From a virus, in the IMG/VR virus record IMGVR_UViG_3300048904_000146, positions 1 through 42,791 of that record: DNA of 42,791 bases. The stretch is one strand, 5' to 3'. Below are positions 39,975 through 42,791 of the stretch, one piece after another. The position numbers and the translations under genes were made by a program. The notes below the pieces were generated by a model. That model ran no database searches. It was not told the origin of the DNA and was given only the letters and a program-made list of their open reading frames with translations. Positions within the stretch are counted from its first letter, which is position 1, and the number at the start of each line of letters is the position of its first letter.

Positions 39975-42095
39975 ATGGCGGTCGAGCTTACCGCGACGGA
40001 CTATTCGGGTGTCGGCACCGGCTCGCTGGCCGTCTACGGCACGGGCATCTACGCGAATGCCTCCGACCAGATCAAGGTCTACGTCAACGGCTCGCTGCAG
40101 ACGCTCGGCGATAACTATTCGTTGAACGGCATCGGCAGCGCTGCGGGCGTCAACGTCGTCGCCGTCTTCGCCGGCGGGGCGACCGTCTATATCGAGCGCG
40201 ACACGCCGATCACGCAGCTGGTCGACACGCAGAACAACGAGACGATCCTCGAAGACGTGCTCGACGCCGAGTTCGACAAGCTCACCCTGATCGCGCAGGA
40301 AGCCAACCGGAAGCTCTCGCGGGCGATGCTGGTGCCGAAAGGCGAGACGGCGCCGCCGCTTCCGCCATTGGCGCAGCGCGCAGGCTACGCCGCCTGGGAC
40401 GGTGCGGGCGGGCTGATCGGCACTTCGATCCCGTCGACGCTCCCTGGCGCCAACATCACGATCCTGTGCGCGACGCGCGCGGCGATGGCCGCCCTGCTCG
40501 CGCCGATCCCCGGCTCGATCGTGGCGCTGTCCGAAGCAGGTCGTGAAGGCTTCTTCATTTGCCGCGCCGGCAGCGTGCCGGTGTCGGATCCGCTGCAAGG
40601 CATCTATGTTGTTTCGGCCACGCCTAACCGCTACTTCGAGCGGTTGTGGGATGGCGACGTCGCGCCGCCGGAATGGTTCGGCGGCAAGGCAGGGGACATC
40701 AATTTCAACAACGCGCCGATCCTCCAGGCCATGCACGACATGGGCGTGAACTGGAGCATCCTCAAGCAATACTATATCGGCACCGGATCCGAAGGCGCGG
40801 GCACGGTGCTGATCAACATCACGCGCTCGGGCTTCCGTGTTCGCGGCCTGGTTGCATCGCAGACCCGAGCGATCGGCGCGGCGGTGCCCGCGACCTCGAG
40901 CGAGCTCATCATCAAGTCGCCCTATGCTATCGGCATCCTGGTCGGCCCTGCGGTCAATCCCGGCGGCAGCGGCGTGGTCAACTGGATCGAAGGCGTGATG
41001 ATCACGGACGTGTCGATCCCGCGCCTCACCACAACGCCGATCGCCAACCCGGCCAGCGGCATCACCAACGCGCCCGCGGCGATGATCGTGCAGTACGCGC
41101 AGGTCTGCACCTTTGCGCGCGTCTACACCTCCGAGCATTCCTTCGGCATCCGGTTCTCCAACACCGTGGCGATCCGCTGGGTTCAGTGCCGGCACCTGCG
41201 CTATACCAGCGGCGCGAACCTCGGCAACGACTTCTATGCCGGCTTCTATCAGGACAACACCCCGTCGTCGCCCTTCGTCTCGGGCAACGCCAGCGTCTTC
41301 TATCTCGACTGCGGCGTGTTCTCGAACATGGCCGCGGGCAACAGCTACACCTACAACGCTGGCATCCAGATCCGCGGCGGCTTCACCGACACCTTCATCA
41401 AGGGTCTGGAGACCGCCAACTGCGGGTACGGCGTGGACGCGGAGGGCCGGTCGACCACGGCGGTCGACTACCAGACGCAGGATTTCGAGGTGTCGGGCGG
41501 CGTCTTCGACGGGTGCCGCTGGGCGGCGGTGCGCATCGGCATCGCGGGCCCGCGCACTTCGGTCAAGATCATCGGCAACTACTGCCACGTCTCGAACGCC
41601 ACCGGCCCAGTGTCGATCGCGATCTATCTGGATAACGTCCAGGGCTTGCAGACGATCACGGCCAACGAGATCCTCGCCAACCCGGGCAACCCTGCCATCG
41701 GCATCTATGGCTTCAACTCGTCGGGGTTCAGGACCACAGGTAATATCATCTCGGATCTATCGCGGCCGGTCCTGCTGGAGAACTGCGTGGGCTTCATCAT
41801 GGACGACGCCGTGTGCGTATCCGTGGTCGTGCCCGGCATCGCCGCGATCGAGGGGACGAACTGCCAGTCTGGCGAACTCCGGCCGCTGATCAAGCGCAGC
41901 GCGGGCGCAGCGACGCTGCCGTGCGGCGTGCAGCTGAACGGCACCCTCAACCGGCGTGTCGAGGTGCGCGGTTCCGGCATCAACTCGGACAGCATCACCG
42001 GCGGCGCAGCGAACAAGCTCAAGTCGAACGGGGCCAGCGTTTCCTCGACCGGGACGTTTAATACCGATTGCCTCTATTCCGGCATCGCGGCCTAA
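39975..42095 (+). CDS. Tailspike / tail fibre with pectate-lyase-like right-handed beta-helix domain
   Basis: 706 aa; PEWFGGKAGDINFNNAPILQA resembles the FGAKGDG..DDT.AiQ.A start of Pectate_lyase_3 tailspikes; last structural gene; SD AAGGGG. Confidence 0.8.
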   Translation: MAVELTATDYSGVGTGSLAVYGTGIYANASDQIKVYVNGSLQTLGDNYSLNGIGSAAGVNVVAVFAGGATVYIERDTPITQLVDTQNNETILEDVLDAEFDKLTLIAQEANRKLSRAMLVPKGETAPPLPPLAQRAGYAAWDGAGGLIGTSIPSTLPGANITILCATRAAMAALLAPIPGSIVALSEAGREGFFICRAGSVPVSDPLQGIYVVSATPNRYFERLWDGDVAPPEWFGGKAGDINFNNAPILQAMHDMGVNWSILKQYYIGTGSEGAGTVLINITRSGFRVRGLVASQTRAIGAAVPATSSELIIKSPYAIGILVGPAVNPGGSGVVNWIEGVMITDVSIPRLTTTPIANPASGITNAPAAMIVQYAQVCTFARVYTSEHSFGIRFSNTVAIRWVQCRHLRYTSGANLGNDFYAGFYQDNTPSSPFVSGNASVFYLDCGVFSNMAAGNSYTYNAGIQIRGGFTDTFIKGLETANCGYGVDAEGRSTTAVDYQTQDFEVSGGVFDGCRWAAVRIGIAGPRTSVKIIGNYCHVSNATGPVSIAIYLDNVQGLQTITANEILANPGNPAIGIYGFNSSGFRTTGNIISDLSRPVLLENCVGFIMDDAVCVSVVVPGIAAIEGTNCQSGELRPLIKRSAGAATLPCGVQLNGTLNRRVEVRGSGINSDSITGGAANKLKSNGASVSSTGTFNTDCLYSGIAA

Positions 42096-42107
42096 CGGAG
42101 AAACGCC

Positions 42108-42383
42108 ATGGCGCTCACCAAAGTCGAATTTGTCAGCGAGACAAAGAACACCGTGCAGCTACGGGTGGTGACGCCTGGCGTGCCCGATCAGCTATACCGC
42201 GCGCGCAAGAGCCAACCCGCTATCCCGCCTGGCGACTCGCTCAAGATTGTCGTGTGCAACGAAGATGGCACACCCAAGCCGCCGGTCACCTACATGGACG
42301 GCAGCAGCGTCGCGCCCTATATCGGCGGCCATCTGGAGGGCTTCGCGGAGATCATGGGCCGCTTCACCTGGCCCGCATCCTAA
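42108..42383 (+). CDS. Hypothetical protein (91 aa) downstream of the tailspike
   Basis: SD ACGGAGAAACG upstream of ATG. Confidence 0.6.
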   Translation: MALTKVEFVSETKNTVQLRVVTPGVPDQLYRARKSQPAIPPGDSLKIVVCNEDGTPKPPVTYMDGSSVAPYIGGHLEGFAEIMGRFTWPAS

Positions 42384-42403
42384 CCGCTCAAGGGAGCCGC
42401 ACC

Positions 42404-42791
42404 ATGTTCAAGCTCGGGCAGCGCAGCCTCGACAATCTCGAAGGCGTCCACCCTGTCCTCGTGCGCGTTGTCAAGCGCGCGATCGAGATCAGCGAGGTGG
42501 ACTTCAGCGTTCACGAGGGCGTGCGCACGCTCGAGCGCCAGAAGAAGCTGGTCGCCGCCGGCGCCTCGAAGACGCTCAACTCGATGCACATCCCCATGCC
42601 GGATCGGCTGCGCACCGGCGCGGGCGTCGTCGGCCATGCGGTCGACCTGGTGCCCTACATCGACGGGCAGCTGCGGTGGGAGTGGGAGCCCTGCTTCAAG
42701 ATCGCGTGCGCCGTCGACCGCGCCGCGACCGAGCAGCTGGTCGCCGGGGACGTGTGCTGGGGCGGCGTCTGGGACCGCTGGCTATCGCAAT
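42404..42791 (+). CDS. Endolysin, N-terminal part (M15 / VanY-type zinc peptidase); runs off the window end and continues at 128..237
   Basis: SD AAGGGAG; ...VHEGVRTLERQKKLVAAGASKTLNSMHIP...VGHAVDLVPY (SxH and HxxD zinc-site motifs); full product 165 aa after removing the overlap. Confidence 0.85.
   Translation, partial: MFKLGQRSLDNLEGVHPVLVRVVKRAIEISEVDFSVHEGVRTLERQKKLVAAGASKTLNSMHIPMPDRLRTGAGVVGHAVDLVPYIDGQLRWEWEPCFKIACAVDRAATEQLVAGDVCWGGVWDRWLSQ
42665..42791. repeat. Terminal overlap, second copy (identical to 1-127)
   Basis: Direct reading of both ends. Confidence 0.95.

Noticed and set aside
39975-42383. Diversity-generating retroelement near the tail fibre, as in BPP-1-like podoviruses
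   Set aside because: No reverse transcriptase ORF anywhere in the window, and I saw no template/variable repeat pair around the tailspike 3' end.
1-42791. Lysogeny module (integrase, excisionase, CI/Cro-type switch) or a partition system
   Set aside because: No product shows tyrosine or serine recombinase, ParA/ParB or CI-like motifs that I can recognise. The tRNA-flanking repeat is the only att-like feature and has no recombinase partner.

Overview
The window is one complete, circularly closed phage genome. Bases 1-127 repeat exactly at 42665-42791, so the unique length is 42,664 bp, and an M15-type endolysin gene runs across the junction (42404..42791 continuing to 237). It is a GC-rich, tightly packed podovirus-type genome. 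The structural gene order is T7-supergroup: portal, scaffold, capsid, tail tubular A/B, internal virion proteins (including a lytic transglycosylase and a 1311-aa ejection protein) and a beta-helix tailspike. I recognise no phage RNA polymerase, integrase, CI-type repressor, reverse transcriptase or CRISPR array.

Layout:
- Lysis cassette plus a membrane-protein module (42404 -> 2228, plus strand).
- Leftward early/replication cluster (17735 -> 2217, minus strand): many small early genes, a Zn-ribbon/HTH regulator, RuvC-like resolvase, SNF2 helicase, DUF2800-type PD-(D/E)XK nuclease, DUF2815-type SSB, family A DNA polymerase and PrimPol-helicase.
- A 465-bp divergent control region (17736-18200).
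- Rightward packaging/structural cluster (18201 -> 42383).

Most noteworthy observations:
1. A 14-nt motif GCATAAC-N2-GTTAR occurs four times, always in the sense orientation of the local genes. It sits in the few intergenic gaps and splits the genome into transcription modules, so it is a candidate phage-specific promoter or operator.
2. A 3.4-kb accessory island lies between the capsid and tail tubular A genes. It holds two consecutive signal-peptide proteins, a stand-alone copy of the N-terminal domain of the adjacent SGNH-esterase protein, and an antisense orphan OmpR-type winged-helix regulator.
3. Three separate direct-repeat-bounded cassettes are present: tRNA-Gln between terS and terL (36-bp repeats), a 71-aa early gene (67-bp repeats carrying a hairpin), and a 33-bp tandem duplication at the polA 3' junction.
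4. An Rmf/CrpP-like CPY-x5-R-x2-W motif protein lies between terL and the portal gene.

All functional calls rest on motif recognition by eye. No database search was run.
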